From: Bacteroidia bacterium
GTDB lineage: Bacteria; Bacteroidota; Bacteroidia; Palsa-965
Direction: 5' to 3'
Length of the DNA stretch: 64,000 nucleotides
NCBI GenBank assembly: GCA_044344795.1
Contig: JBIJCF010000008.1
Coordinates: forward strand, 18,388 to 82,387
Within the stretch, counting starts at the first letter, position 1. Every line of letters starts with the position of its first letter. The notes below the pieces were generated by a model that was not told the DNA's origin, did no database searches, and worked only from the letters and a program-made list of their open reading frames with translations. This document shows, in pieces, positions 1 through 9,294 of the stretch. Position numbers and translations under genes: made by a program.

Positions 1-2025
1 GAACGAAAAAAGAAAATTTTCTACACCGCATTATATCACTGCATGGTTGCGCCTAACGTTTACAATGATGTTAACGGAGAATATCGCGGCATGGATCATA
101 AAGTGTATAAGGATACCGTGCATCAACGCTACACCGTATTTTCACTTTGGGACACCTACAGAGGGTTACACCCTTTATTCACGATCATCCAGCAAAAACG
201 CACCAACGATTTTATAAATACATTTTTACAACAATATAAAGAGAGCGGTCGCCTTCCGGTATGGGAACTTTCCTCCAACGAAACGGATTGTATGATCGGA
301 TATCACAGTGTTTCAGTTATTGCAGATGCATGGTTGAAAGGCATTAACAAATTTGATACGACACTCGCCTTCCAAGCAATGAAAGCCTCTGCCATGCGAG
401 ACGAACTAGGATTGAAAGGCTACAAACAACATGGATTCATTCCCGCAGAAGGAGAAGCTGAATCCGTTTCGAAAACGCTGGAATACGCGTATGATGATTG
501 GTGCATTCTGCAATGTGCCCGAAGAATGAATTCGCGTGGCGATGAAATCCTATTCAGCAAACGTTCACAGAGTTGGAAAAATCTGTTTGACACGACATCT
601 AAATTTTTCCGTGCACGAATGAACAACGGTTTTGTTGACCCATTTACTCCGGAAGAAGTCAATTTCCACTACACAGAAGCCAATGCCTGGCAATATTCAA
701 TGGCTGTTCAACACGACATTCCGGGATTAATTGAGTGGCATGGAGGTCCGAAAAAGTTTGGTCTTCATCTCGACAATTTATTTTCTGCACCAACTCAAAC
801 TTCGGGTCGTGACCAAGCGGATATCACAGGATTAATCGGGCAATATGCGCACGGTAACGAACCTAGTCACCACATGGCGTACTTGTACAACTACGTTGGA
901 GAAGGTTTCAAAACACAAGAGCTGGTGCATGAAATCTGCAACTCTTTGTACACCGATCAACCGGATGGATTATGCGGTAATGAGGATTGCGGACAAATGT
1001 CTGCATGGTACGTATTAAACGCTGCAGGATTCTATCCTGTTACTCCGGGCTCGCCTTATTTTCAATTGGGCAGTCCACAATTTGAAGAAGTAATTTTCCA
1101 ATTGGAAAATGGGAAAAGATTTACTGTATCGTGCAGCAATGCCAATGACAACAATCCGTATTTGACTAGCGCAGGATTTGCAAACGATTTGCAAATTTCA
1201 TTCGACGAAATCATGCAAGGCAAAACACTGACATTAAGTAAATCGAATTCGCCTTCACAGTCGTTCGATCCTCAAGCACTGTTAAAGAATACATTCCCGC
1301 AACCATTGCCTCCGCTCATTGAGGGCGCCAGTTTGAGAACGTTCACCGGCTCAAAACAAATTAAAATTCTTCCGCGCGAATCACTCGATGCAGTGTTTTA
1401 CAGCATTAATAATCAACCAGCCTTGCGTTATATAGCTCCGTTCACAATTACGAAAGATGCTACCATCTCGTGTTACGCTGTAAATGGAAGTACTACAAGT
1501 GATCCTGCTGTCGCATCTTTTTATCTTTCACCTGGATGGAAAGTAGCTGCTATTAAAAATGCTTATGCTCCACAGTATGCTGCCGGAGGACAACATGCAC
1601 TAGTGGATGGACTACGAGGAACAGATAACTTCAGAACAGGACTATGGCAAGGATATGAAGGAGAGGATATAGAGCTGGTCATTGACTTAGGTAAAAACGT
1701 AAGCGAGATTACTATTCAAATGAACTTCTTGAGTGATACACGTTCATGGATATTTCTTCCGACAGAAGTAACATTTGCGTTATCGAATTCTGCAACAGAA
1801 TCGGGCGACACATGGAACAAAGCTTTGTCGGAGAATAGTTCAACCCCGAGAAAACCGGGCACACCGTTTATTGAGAAGTACTCCTGCAAATTACCTGCAA
1901 CATCAGGAAGATATCTGCACGTAAAAGCAAAATCAATTTTAACTTGTCCAAAAGATCATCCCGGAGCAGGAAAACCGGCGTGGTTGTTCGCAGATGAGAT
2001 CACCATTTTAAACGCACAACAATGA
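1..2025 (+). CDS. GH92 alpha-mannosidase family glycoside hydrolase with C-terminal Fn3-like and discoidin/F5-8-like domains (5' truncated by window edge)
   Basis: Frame is open from base 1 (ERKKKIFYTALYHCMVAP...). GH92 motifs FSLWDTYR, SKTLEYAYDDW, YTEANAWQY, GQYAHGNEPSHH and GNEDCGQMSAWY are present. C-terminal LVDGLRG...WQGYEG...WLFADEI module. Confidence 0.93.
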   Translation, partial: ERKKKIFYTALYHCMVAPNVYNDVNGEYRGMDHKVYKDTVHQRYTVFSLWDTYRGLHPLFTIIQQKRTNDFINTFLQQYKESGRLPVWELSSNETDCMIGYHSVSVIADAWLKGINKFDTTLAFQAMKASAMRDELGLKGYKQHGFIPAEGEAESVSKTLEYAYDDWCILQCARRMNSRGDEILFSKRSQSWKNLFDTTSKFFRARMNNGFVDPFTPEEVNFHYTEANAWQYSMAVQHDIPGLIEWHGGPKKFGLHLDNLFSAPTQTSGRDQADITGLIGQYAHGNEPSHHMAYLYNYVGEGFKTQELVHEICNSLYTDQPDGLCGNEDCGQMSAWYVLNAAGFYPVTPGSPYFQLGSPQFEEVIFQLENGKRFTVSCSNANDNNPYLTSAGFANDLQISFDEIMQGKTLTLSKSNSPSQSFDPQALLKNTFPQPLPPLIEGASLRTFTGSKQIKILPRESLDAVFYSINNQPALRYIAPFTITKDATISCYAVNGSTTSDPAVASFYLSPGWKVAAIKNAYAPQYAAGGQHALVDGLRGTDNFRTGLWQGYEGEDIELVIDLGKNVSEITIQMNFLSDTRSWIFLPTEVTFALSNSATESGDTWNKALSENSSTPRKPGTPFIEKYSCKLPATSGRYLHVKAKSILTCPKDHPGAGKPAWLFADEITILNAQQ

Positions 2026-3014
2026 ACCGTAAACGATTTATAAAAACAGGCTTTCTCGCTGCGACACTTGCAGGCACTGGAACTCTATCAGCAGCGCACG
2101 ACAAAAAGAAAAAGCAAAAAGTAAATCCAAATAGTAAACCCGGATTTCCATTGGTAATTTCCACCTGGAATCACGGTATTCCTGCAAACGAAGCTGCATT
2201 CCAAACCTTACAACAAGGAGGAAGTGCTGTAGATGCTGCAGAAAAAGGTGTTCGGCAAATTGAAGCTGATTCGAAAAACACCAGTGTAGGTTTAGGCGGA
2301 TTTCCGGATCGTGAAGGAATTGTTACGCTGGATGCCTGCATCATGGATCATCTTGGTCGTGCTGGTTCTGTGTGTTTCGTTCAAGGCATTGCCCACCCCA
2401 TTACAGTGGCACGTGCAGTGATGGAAAAAACGCCACACGTCATGTTGGTTGGAAAAGGAGCTGAACTATATGCAGAAGAAATCGGCATGAAACAGGAGAA
2501 AAACAAATTATCCCCCGAAGCAGAAAAAGCATGGAAAGAGTGGCTGAAAGAGAAACAGTACAAGCCTATTATCAATATTGAAAATCATGATACGATTGGC
2601 TTGGTGGTGATAGACAAAAATGGCATTATGGCGGGATCCTGCACCACCAGCGGACTTGCATTTAAAATGCATGGTCGTGTGGGTGACTCGCCTATCATAG
2701 GTGCCGGACTTTTCATCGATCAGGAAATCGGTGCAGCAACTTGCACCGGCCTAGGAGAAACTGTTTTGCGCACATTGGCATCGCACGTTGCAGTTGAGTG
2801 TATGCGTAACGGATATACCCCTCAAGAAGCTTGTGAAGAAGCCATTCGCAGAATTATCAAAAAGCATGAGAACTATAAAGATTTTCAAGTAGGCATTCTT
2901 GCTGTAAATACGAAAGGCGAACACGGTGCTTATGGTATTCACAAAGGATTTAATTACGCGCTGCACCAGCATGGAAAAAATACACTAATTGATTCTTCAT
3001 TTTACAACGGCTAA
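2022..3014 (+). CDS. N(4)-(beta-N-acetylglucosaminyl)-L-asparaginase (glycosylasparaginase, Ntn hydrolase) with Tat-like signal peptide
   Basis: Autocleavage motif NHD|TIG, plus TTSGLAFKMHGRVGDSPIIGAG and SVGLGGFPDREG; N-terminus MNRKRFIK followed by a hydrophobic stretch. Confidence 0.93.
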   Translation: MNRKRFIKTGFLAATLAGTGTLSAAHDKKKKQKVNPNSKPGFPLVISTWNHGIPANEAAFQTLQQGGSAVDAAEKGVRQIEADSKNTSVGLGGFPDREGIVTLDACIMDHLGRAGSVCFVQGIAHPITVARAVMEKTPHVMLVGKGAELYAEEIGMKQEKNKLSPEAEKAWKEWLKEKQYKPIINIENHDTIGLVVIDKNGIMAGSCTTSGLAFKMHGRVGDSPIIGAGLFIDQEIGAATCTGLGETVLRTLASHVAVECMRNGYTPQEACEEAIRRIIKKHENYKDFQVGILAVNTKGEHGAYGIHKGFNYALHQHGKNTLIDSSFYNG

Positions 3015-3961
3015 TGAGTACGCAAAAAGTTTGCATAGGTATTGACATTGGTGGAACGAATATTGAAGTAGGTTACGTCAATAGCGCGGGTGAGGTTATT
3101 TTCAAACGTCACTATCCCACCAAATCATTCCAACATCCCAATCAGTTTATTCGCAAACTTCAGGAAGATGTAACATTAGATCGTGCCCTACATAAACTGG
3201 CAATACTTGGAGTGGGAATCGGTGCACCAAGCGGAAATTATTTTACCGGCAGTATAGAACATGCACCAAATATGCCATGGGATGGAATAATTCCGTTAGC
3301 GCAATTGGTACAAGATGCCACCGGACTTCCCACACTACTTACTAATGATGCAAACGCAGCAACGGTAGGCGAAATGCAATTCGGCAGTGCAAAAGGATTG
3401 CGAAATTTTATTTTGATCACATTAGGAACAGGCGTCGGTAGCGGTTTTGTGAGTAATGGCGAACTCATTTACGGACACGATGGATTTGCAGGAGAACTCG
3501 GACATGTAATTGTTCGTGAGAACGGGCGCGTGTGCGGCTGTGGTCGATTGGGTTGTCTTGAAACGTATTGCTCTGCAACAGGAGTTGTGCTGACAGCGAA
3601 AGAAAAACTTTCCCAATCACTAAAATCAGAATTGCATCAAATTCCGATACACGAACTCAACAGTGCACACATTAGCAAGGCAGCAGGAAACGGCGATGTT
3701 TTAGCGTTAGAAGTAATTGACGAAACAGCACGAATTTTAGCTATTGCATTGGCAAACGCTGTGGCAATAACAAGTCCTGATCACATCTTTATTTATGGAG
3801 GTCTTTCGCATGCCGGTGAAATTTTACTACAACCATTGCGAAAATATTTCGACAGTTTCTTACTGAAGAACTACCGTAATAAAGTTAAAATATTACCTTC
3901 AGGATTACCTGACGAAGCAGCAATTTGCGGGGCAGCGGCACTGGCATGGAATAAATTATAG
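3014..3961 (+). CDS. ROK family sugar kinase (glucokinase/GlcNAc kinase-like)
   Basis: GIDIGGT, NDANAA, TLGTGVGSG, GELGH and the CGCGRLGCLE zinc motif; no N-terminal HTH. Confidence 0.92.
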   Translation: MSTQKVCIGIDIGGTNIEVGYVNSAGEVIFKRHYPTKSFQHPNQFIRKLQEDVTLDRALHKLAILGVGIGAPSGNYFTGSIEHAPNMPWDGIIPLAQLVQDATGLPTLLTNDANAATVGEMQFGSAKGLRNFILITLGTGVGSGFVSNGELIYGHDGFAGELGHVIVRENGRVCGCGRLGCLETYCSATGVVLTAKEKLSQSLKSELHQIPIHELNSAHISKAAGNGDVLALEVIDETARILAIALANAVAITSPDHIFIYGGLSHAGEILLQPLRKYFDSFLLKNYRNKVKILPSGLPDEAAICGAAALAWNKL

Positions 3962-4033
3962 TAACCGCGGTTACTATATCCCTGGCGATTAAAACATTTC
4001 GTAACTTTCCAACCTAAACTCAAAACCACCACC

Positions 4034-6241
4034 ATGAACAAAATTTTACCACTCTTTGCGGGAATTTTATCTGCAGGATGGATGCACGCACAGTGCGTTA
4101 CTATCGGATGCGGTAACAGTATTACCGTTAATACCGACACTTCCGTATGCGGAGCTGCTGTCACTTTCTCAACACCGATTGCGAATAGCAGTTGCACGAT
4201 TTCTATTGCCGACACTTTTCAATTTACCGGAGGTGTGCAGACTTATACGGTGCCTGTTGGTGTTAATCAACTGGACATTCAAGTCTGGGGGGCACAGGGC
4301 GGTGCCAACTGGGTAAACAATACCAACTTCGGAGGTTACACAAGAGGAACATTAGCCGTAACTCCTGGTGAAGTGTTACAAATTTATGTTGGTGGTCAGC
4401 CTACGACTACTGCCGGTGGTTATAACGGTGGAGGTGCCGGAGACGGTGCAGGTAAAGGTGGTGGCGGCGGAACCGATGTGCGCAGAGCACCTTTCACATT
4501 GAATGATCGAATTGCTGTTGCAGGTGGTGGTGGTGGTGCAGGATTTTGGAGCAGTTTGCACGTAGTAGGTGGTGTTGGCGGTGGGTTAAACGGAGGCGAT
4601 GGATTTCGCGCACCGTCAGATCCGGGTGGACTGGGTGCTTCTCAAACCGGTCCCGGCGCAAATGGAACTTGTATCAATTTTAATGTTACTGCAATGGCCG
4701 GAGGATTCGGTTTTGGTGGAACACCGCTAAGCTTTAACTGCGGCTGCGAAGGATATGGCGGCGGAGGCGGATGGTACGGAGGTGCAGGAAGCGGCAACTG
4801 TCGCGGTGGCGGAGGAGGTAGCGGATATATTCTACCTGCTGCAACCAACGTTACACAAACCGCAGGTGTTCGCACCGGAAATGGAATGGTGGTGCTCACA
4901 TTCAATGGAGCCAGCACTCCTGTTGTTACACAAACTGCAGGTTTACCTAGTGGTAGCCTTTTCCCGGTTGGAACAACAACCAATGCGTTCCTTGCTGATG
5001 ATGGCGCAGGAAACACAGCAACGTGCTCATTTACAGTAACAGTAAATGACAATGAAATGCCGGGAATCACTCAAATGCCGGGGAATATCACCGCTACAAC
5101 TGATAGCGGAATGTGCACAGCAAACATCATTTGGTTAAGCCCGATTGCTAGTGACAATTGCTTGGTAACATTAACTTCCTCTGCCAACTCAGGTGATGCA
5201 TTTCCTGTAGGAACAACTACGGTAGTATTTACAGCGACTGATGCCTCAGGCAATTTAACTTTAGATTCAATTGCTGTTACAGTAACAGACCAAGAAGCAC
5301 CTATTGTTACTTGTAGTTCAAACATCACTATTAGTGCGGATTCCGGAATGTGTTATGCAACCAATGTAAACTTAGGTTCAACGATAGGAACGGATAATTG
5401 CAGTCTGGCATCCCTCACCAACAACGCTAACGACACTCTTGCAGTTGGAACTCATCTCATATTATGGACTGCCACAGATGCCTCAGGAAACGCTTCAACA
5501 TGCCAACAAACAGTTACCGTAGTTGACACGCAAGCTCCAACATTCAATTCCTGTCCACAAGACATTGCAATATGTCCAGGCATCATCACTTTCCAAAACC
5601 CTGAAGCGTCTGACAATTGCGGTTCAACAGTAACGCAGGTTTCCGGACCAACTAATGGTAGTACACTAAGTGCGGGAACGTACCAAGTTACATTTGCTGC
5701 AACTGATGCTTCCGGCAACAGCGATACCTGTTCATTCACAATTACTGTAAATCCTGAACCGGTTGTAACATTATCAATGATAACTCCGAACGTTTGTGCA
5801 GACGATGCTGCGTTTGCTTTAACAGGAGCAAATCCTGCCGGTGGTACTTTTAGCGGTAATGGTGTTAGCAACGGAAGCTTCTCTCCTGCTGTTGCTGGCG
5901 TTGGCACACACATTATCAATTATGCATTTGTAGACACCAACGGATGTAGCGGAGTTGCTGCAGACACCATCGTTGTGAATGCATGTACAGGCATTTCTGA
6001 ATTCGGCAATGCGATGTTCACGCTATATCCGAATCCGAACAACGGCATGTTTACCTTAAATACTGCTGGAATAGGAACTGTTGTGATTTTGGATCAGGCA
6101 GGTCGCGCGGTGTATCAAAACCAAATGACATCTGGAAGAAATGAATTGAACTTGCAAAATGCGTCTACCGGTTTGTATATTGTTCGTTTTACAGATCGCA
6201 TTGGCAACACTAATACACAGCGTTTACACATTCAACATTAA
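4034..6241 (+). CDS. T9SS-secreted surface protein: glycine-rich domain, HYR repeats, type A CTD
   Basis: Signal peptide ending WMHA-Q; GAQGG and GGGGGWYGG glycine-rich block; repeated FPVGTTT..TATDASGN..C...VTV.D HYR units; C-terminal LYPNPNNG...GLYIVRF...RLHIQH. Confidence 0.88.
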   Translation: MNKILPLFAGILSAGWMHAQCVTIGCGNSITVNTDTSVCGAAVTFSTPIANSSCTISIADTFQFTGGVQTYTVPVGVNQLDIQVWGAQGGANWVNNTNFGGYTRGTLAVTPGEVLQIYVGGQPTTTAGGYNGGGAGDGAGKGGGGGTDVRRAPFTLNDRIAVAGGGGGAGFWSSLHVVGGVGGGLNGGDGFRAPSDPGGLGASQTGPGANGTCINFNVTAMAGGFGFGGTPLSFNCGCEGYGGGGGWYGGAGSGNCRGGGGGSGYILPAATNVTQTAGVRTGNGMVVLTFNGASTPVVTQTAGLPSGSLFPVGTTTNAFLADDGAGNTATCSFTVTVNDNEMPGITQMPGNITATTDSGMCTANIIWLSPIASDNCLVTLTSSANSGDAFPVGTTTVVFTATDASGNLTLDSIAVTVTDQEAPIVTCSSNITISADSGMCYATNVNLGSTIGTDNCSLASLTNNANDTLAVGTHLILWTATDASGNASTCQQTVTVVDTQAPTFNSCPQDIAICPGIITFQNPEASDNCGSTVTQVSGPTNGSTLSAGTYQVTFAATDASGNSDTCSFTITVNPEPVVTLSMITPNVCADDAAFALTGANPAGGTFSGNGVSNGSFSPAVAGVGTHIINYAFVDTNGCSGVAADTIVVNACTGISEFGNAMFTLYPNPNNGMFTLNTAGIGTVVILDQAGRAVYQNQMTSGRNELNLQNASTGLYIVRFTDRIGNTNTQRLHIQH

Positions 6242-6252
6242 ACCTCAGCAAC

Positions 6253-6438
6253 ATGAAAAAAATCCTGTTCCCCGCTGTAATTGCCCTCACTATGATAATG
6301 GGTTGTAACAGCACCAAAGAGAGTCAAACGGTGTATCAATGCCCAATGCAGTGCGAAGGTGAAAAGACCTACGACAAGCCCGGAGAATGCCCGATGTGCA
6401 AAATGGAATTGAAAGTTCCGAAAGCAAATGGTCATTAA
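6253..6438 (+). CDS. Small lipoprotein with heavy-metal-binding domain (YxCPM...PGxCPxCxMxL)
   Basis: Lipobox IMG-C; YQCPMQCEGEKTYDKPGECPMCKMEL. Confidence 0.85.
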   Translation: MKKILFPAVIALTMIMGCNSTKESQTVYQCPMQCEGEKTYDKPGECPMCKMELKVPKANGH

Positions 6439-6477
6439 TAAAAAAGGGAGAATCACTTGATTCTCCCTTTTTATTAA
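6435..6477. terminator. Bidirectional intrinsic terminator
   Basis: Inverted repeat aaaaagggagaatca-ct-tgattctcccttttt with A/T tails, between convergent genes. Confidence 0.85.
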
Positions 6478-6490
6478 ATGAGGCCGCTGA

Positions 6491-6772
6491 TTAGCGTTGA
6501 TCATTAACTTTCTGTGGATTGTTAGGTGCCGGCTGTGCTTTGCCATTCACCGTGCCTTTGAAAGGTTTCTTTTTACCTTTTTTAGCAGGCGCCGGAGCTA
6601 CTTCTGCCTTACCACCTTGTGGAGCAGATTTTGCTTCCGATTTTGGTGCCGGTGCCGGTTCTGCCTTAGTTGCAGGAGCAGGCTTAGTTGTTCCCTTTGA
6701 TTTCGGAGGATCTTGTGCAAACGCAAATGCTGCGAACGACAAGAAAGCTATTGACAATACGATCTTTTTCAT
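6491..6772 (-). CDS. Small secreted Lys/Pro/Ala-rich low-complexity protein
   Basis: Start reassigned to MKKIVLSIAFLSFAAFAFA-QDPP (signal peptide cleaved before Gln); mature region is PAPA/KK-rich. Confidence 0.75.
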   Translation of the reverse strand: MKKIVLSIAFLSFAAFAFAQDPPKSKGTTKPAPATKAEPAPAPKSEAKSAPQGGKAEVAPAPAKKGKKKPFKGTVNGKAQPAPNNPQKVNDQR

Positions 6773-6797
6773 GATTATAATTTTTAGAAGTAGATGT

Positions 6798-6814
6798 ACC
6801 AATATTAATGCCAA
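6798..6814 (-). promoter_or_regulatory. Putative sigma54 (-24/-12) promoter
   Basis: Minus strand reads TTGGCAT-TAATA-TTGGT, about 25 nt upstream of the ATG at 6772. Confidence 0.45.
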
Positions 6815-7473
6815 AAATGAAACAATCCAAGAAGTTCGAACACATCAGCATATTTGCTGCAGTAATTTTTTTATTTACTAACCTGTTGTTTGTAGCATGC
6901 TCTTCTTCTCCCGAAGCACCAGCTTCTCGCGACACGACCAACCTTGCACAAGAACTTTCCGAAGAACTGAAAACACCGGCGGAATACGATCAGTTCTTAT
7001 GGTTTTATAGTGCATTCGTTTATGAACTAACAAATGCTGATTCAGCCTCCCAGTTGGACAAATACATTAGCAAGGAACATCGCTTAACGATAATTCATGC
7101 TAGAGGTGCATTACCGCATGTTAAACGTACTGACACATTTTTGGATTTAGTTGCGATGAACTATCCCATCCTTAAAGACACCAACTTACGCAGCGAAAAA
7201 CCCAAGCAAGAAAGTTTACCTGTGCGAAACTGCGATCAACCGAATGGTTGGAATAAAACAGGATGTTACACACAAGAAATTAATCCGATTAAAAGTACTG
7301 ATCTGTGGACAGCAGCAGGATTAAGAGAAGAAGAGATAAAAGCAATCAAAAATTCTGCGACAACTGTTACACGGACAGTCATTAATACCCTAGGCGTTAC
7401 TTTTTATTTCAGTCTTATCAACGGCACGTGGTACCTGACCTTCATTGATCTGCGTCCAAATTGTGCGGCATAA
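6808..7473 (+). CDS. Hypothetical lipoprotein
   Basis: 221-aa ORF with hydrophobic N-terminus and lipobox FVA-C; true start may be 6817; followed by a terminator. Confidence 0.7.
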   Translation: MPKMKQSKKFEHISIFAAVIFLFTNLLFVACSSSPEAPASRDTTNLAQELSEELKTPAEYDQFLWFYSAFVYELTNADSASQLDKYISKEHRLTIIHARGALPHVKRTDTFLDLVAMNYPILKDTNLRSEKPKQESLPVRNCDQPNGWNKTGCYTQEINPIKSTDLWTAAGLREEEIKAIKNSATTVTRTVINTLGVTFYFSLINGTWYLTFIDLRPNCAA

Positions 7474-7474
7474 A

Positions 7475-7498
7475 AAAAGCGTCCCGAAAGACGCTTTT
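7475..7498. terminator. Bidirectional intrinsic terminator
   Basis: aaaagcgtc-ccgaaa-gacgctttt between convergent genes. Confidence 0.8.
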
Positions 7499-7517
7499 CA
7501 TTTTAAATAATTCAAGA

Positions 7518-8000
7518 TTATTCTCCATCTAAATCAGGATCCTGATCCGGTTCATCCGCATCACCACCTGTTGGCGCAGGCTCAGTTGTACCCGGTTTAC
7601 CGCCTTTACCTTTTTTAGGCTTGCCTTTACCTTTTGCCTTTGCTTTATTGGCAGCTTGCTTAGCACGCTGCTCTTGCCACTTGGTATATTGCTCGGGCGA
7701 TAAAGTAGACTTCATTCCATTATGAAATTCATCACGAGCCTTTTTACGTTCTGCCTGCCACACTTTTTTGTCCTGACCTTTGTATTGCTCGCGCAATTCA
7801 TCCATTTTCTTAGCACGCGCCAAGGCTAAATCACGAACTTTAGTTCTCTGCGTAGCATCTAAGCCCAAATCCTTCTGCATTTTATTAGCGTAAGCATCGG
7901 CACGTTGTTCCGGAGTTTTCTTTGGTTTACCATTGCCTTGAGCAAAAGCTAGTGAAACTGTCATCAGTAACATCACCAAAATTGAAATTGTCTTCTTCAT
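7518..8000 (-). CDS. Periplasmic helical protein, Spy/CpxP- or DUF4890-like
   Basis: Start reassigned to MKKTISIL...AFA-QG; motifs TPEQRA..MQKDLGLDATQ and LSPEQYTKW; basic then acidic tail. Confidence 0.75.
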   Translation of the reverse strand: MKKTISILVMLLMTVSLAFAQGNGKPKKTPEQRADAYANKMQKDLGLDATQRTKVRDLALARAKKMDELREQYKGQDKKVWQAERKKARDEFHNGMKSTLSPEQYTKWQEQRAKQAANKAKAKGKGKPKKGKGGKPGTTEPAPTGGDADEPDQDPDLDGE

Positions 8001-8028
8001 AATTAATTTTTTATTTGACAAATAGTTA

Positions 8029-8045
8029 GTCAGAATTCGTGCCAA
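8029..8045 (-). promoter_or_regulatory. Putative sigma54 (-24/-12) promoter
   Basis: Minus strand reads TTGGCAC-GAATT-CTGAC, about 28 nt upstream of the ATG at 8000. Confidence 0.45.
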
Positions 8046-8187
8046 AGACAACCTAAATCTTTAGTTTGTTTAATAATTTGGATCATATTGCTACAAAACG
8101 TTAAAAATTAGACAGGTATGTACACATTAATTGCTTCTTGACTTTGCATTACTTATCTTTATCGAATAAGTAAAATAGAATACCAAA

Positions 8188-9291
8188 TTGAAAGGTTCCA
8201 TTAAATTCGTGCAAGCCGAGCGCTCTGCATTCTTCCCAACTCTTAAGAAACGCGTCGAACAGTATTTTCGTGATAATCACATCGATCATCACGCCAACGC
8301 GAAAATGGTTGTCAAAACCATAGTATTACTAACCGCTTACATTACGCCTTTTGTGGCCATGTTGCTCTTGGATTTACCGGTTTGGGTAAATTTGATATGC
8401 TGGATAATCATGGGGCTGGCTTTGGCAGGTATTGGTATGTCAATTATGCATGATGCCAACCATGGAGCGTACTCTTCCAGCAAGAAAGTCAACACGTTGA
8501 TGGGATATACCCTAAACCTTGCGGGTGCATCTGTGTTCAACTGGAAATTGCAACACAACATTCTTCACCACACTTACACTAATGTTGTGCATTATGATGA
8601 AGATATTGACGACAAAGGTTTTATGCGTTTTTCTCCGCACACGCGACGCAAGAAATACCAATCACTTCAAGTGATCTATGCATTCTTGTTTTATTCCGTG
8701 ATCACATTGTATTGGGTTGTAGCAAAAGATTTGTTGCAATTTATTCGTTACACTAAGAACGGTGTCAATCCGAACAAGCCTAAAGAAAATGTAATCACTT
8801 TCCTGAAAATTTCTGCTGTTAAGATTGGGTACTTGTTCGTAATACTTTTCGTTCCGATTTACTTTGCAGAACTTCCTTGGCTGCAAGTGATCAGCGGATT
8901 CCTGATTATGCATGGAGTGGCAGGAATAATTTTAACCGTAATTTTCCAATTGGCACACACCGTTGAAGGCACAAGCCACCCGCTACCTAACGTATCCGGC
9001 AACATTGAAAACGATTGGGCTATTCATCAGCTGAATACCACAGTAAATTTTTCTCCGGATAGTAAAATCTTAACTTGGTATTTGGGCGGTTTGAATCACC
9101 AGGTGGAGCATCATTTGTTCCCGCGTATATGTCATGTGCACTACCCGGCGATTTCAAAAATCGTCAAAGAAACCTGCAATGAATTTGGCGTTCCATATCT
9201 GGAAAACAAAACGTTCATGCAGGCCTTACGTTCTCACATCCGAACATTGAAGCGATTCGGACGAATTGATCCGGAATTAGCACAGATGTAA
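8188..9291 (+). CDS. Membrane fatty acid (acyl-CoA) desaturase
   Basis: Three His boxes HDANH, QHNILHH and QVEHH; transmembrane segments; TTG start. Confidence 0.92.
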   Translation: MKGSIKFVQAERSAFFPTLKKRVEQYFRDNHIDHHANAKMVVKTIVLLTAYITPFVAMLLLDLPVWVNLICWIIMGLALAGIGMSIMHDANHGAYSSSKKVNTLMGYTLNLAGASVFNWKLQHNILHHTYTNVVHYDEDIDDKGFMRFSPHTRRKKYQSLQVIYAFLFYSVITLYWVVAKDLLQFIRYTKNGVNPNKPKENVITFLKISAVKIGYLFVILFVPIYFAELPWLQVISGFLIMHGVAGIILTVIFQLAHTVEGTSHPLPNVSGNIENDWAIHQLNTTVNFSPDSKILTWYLGGLNHQVEHHLFPRICHVHYPAISKIVKETCNEFGVPYLENKTFMQALRSHIRTLKRFGRIDPELAQM

Positions 9292-9294
9292 ATC

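Noticed and set aside
4400-5760. GGT/GGC-rich and recurring actgatgcctcagg-like DNA as a tandem repeat or CRISPR array
   Set aside because: These are explained by poly-Gly codons and HYR protein repeats; there is no fixed-length repeat-spacer periodicity.
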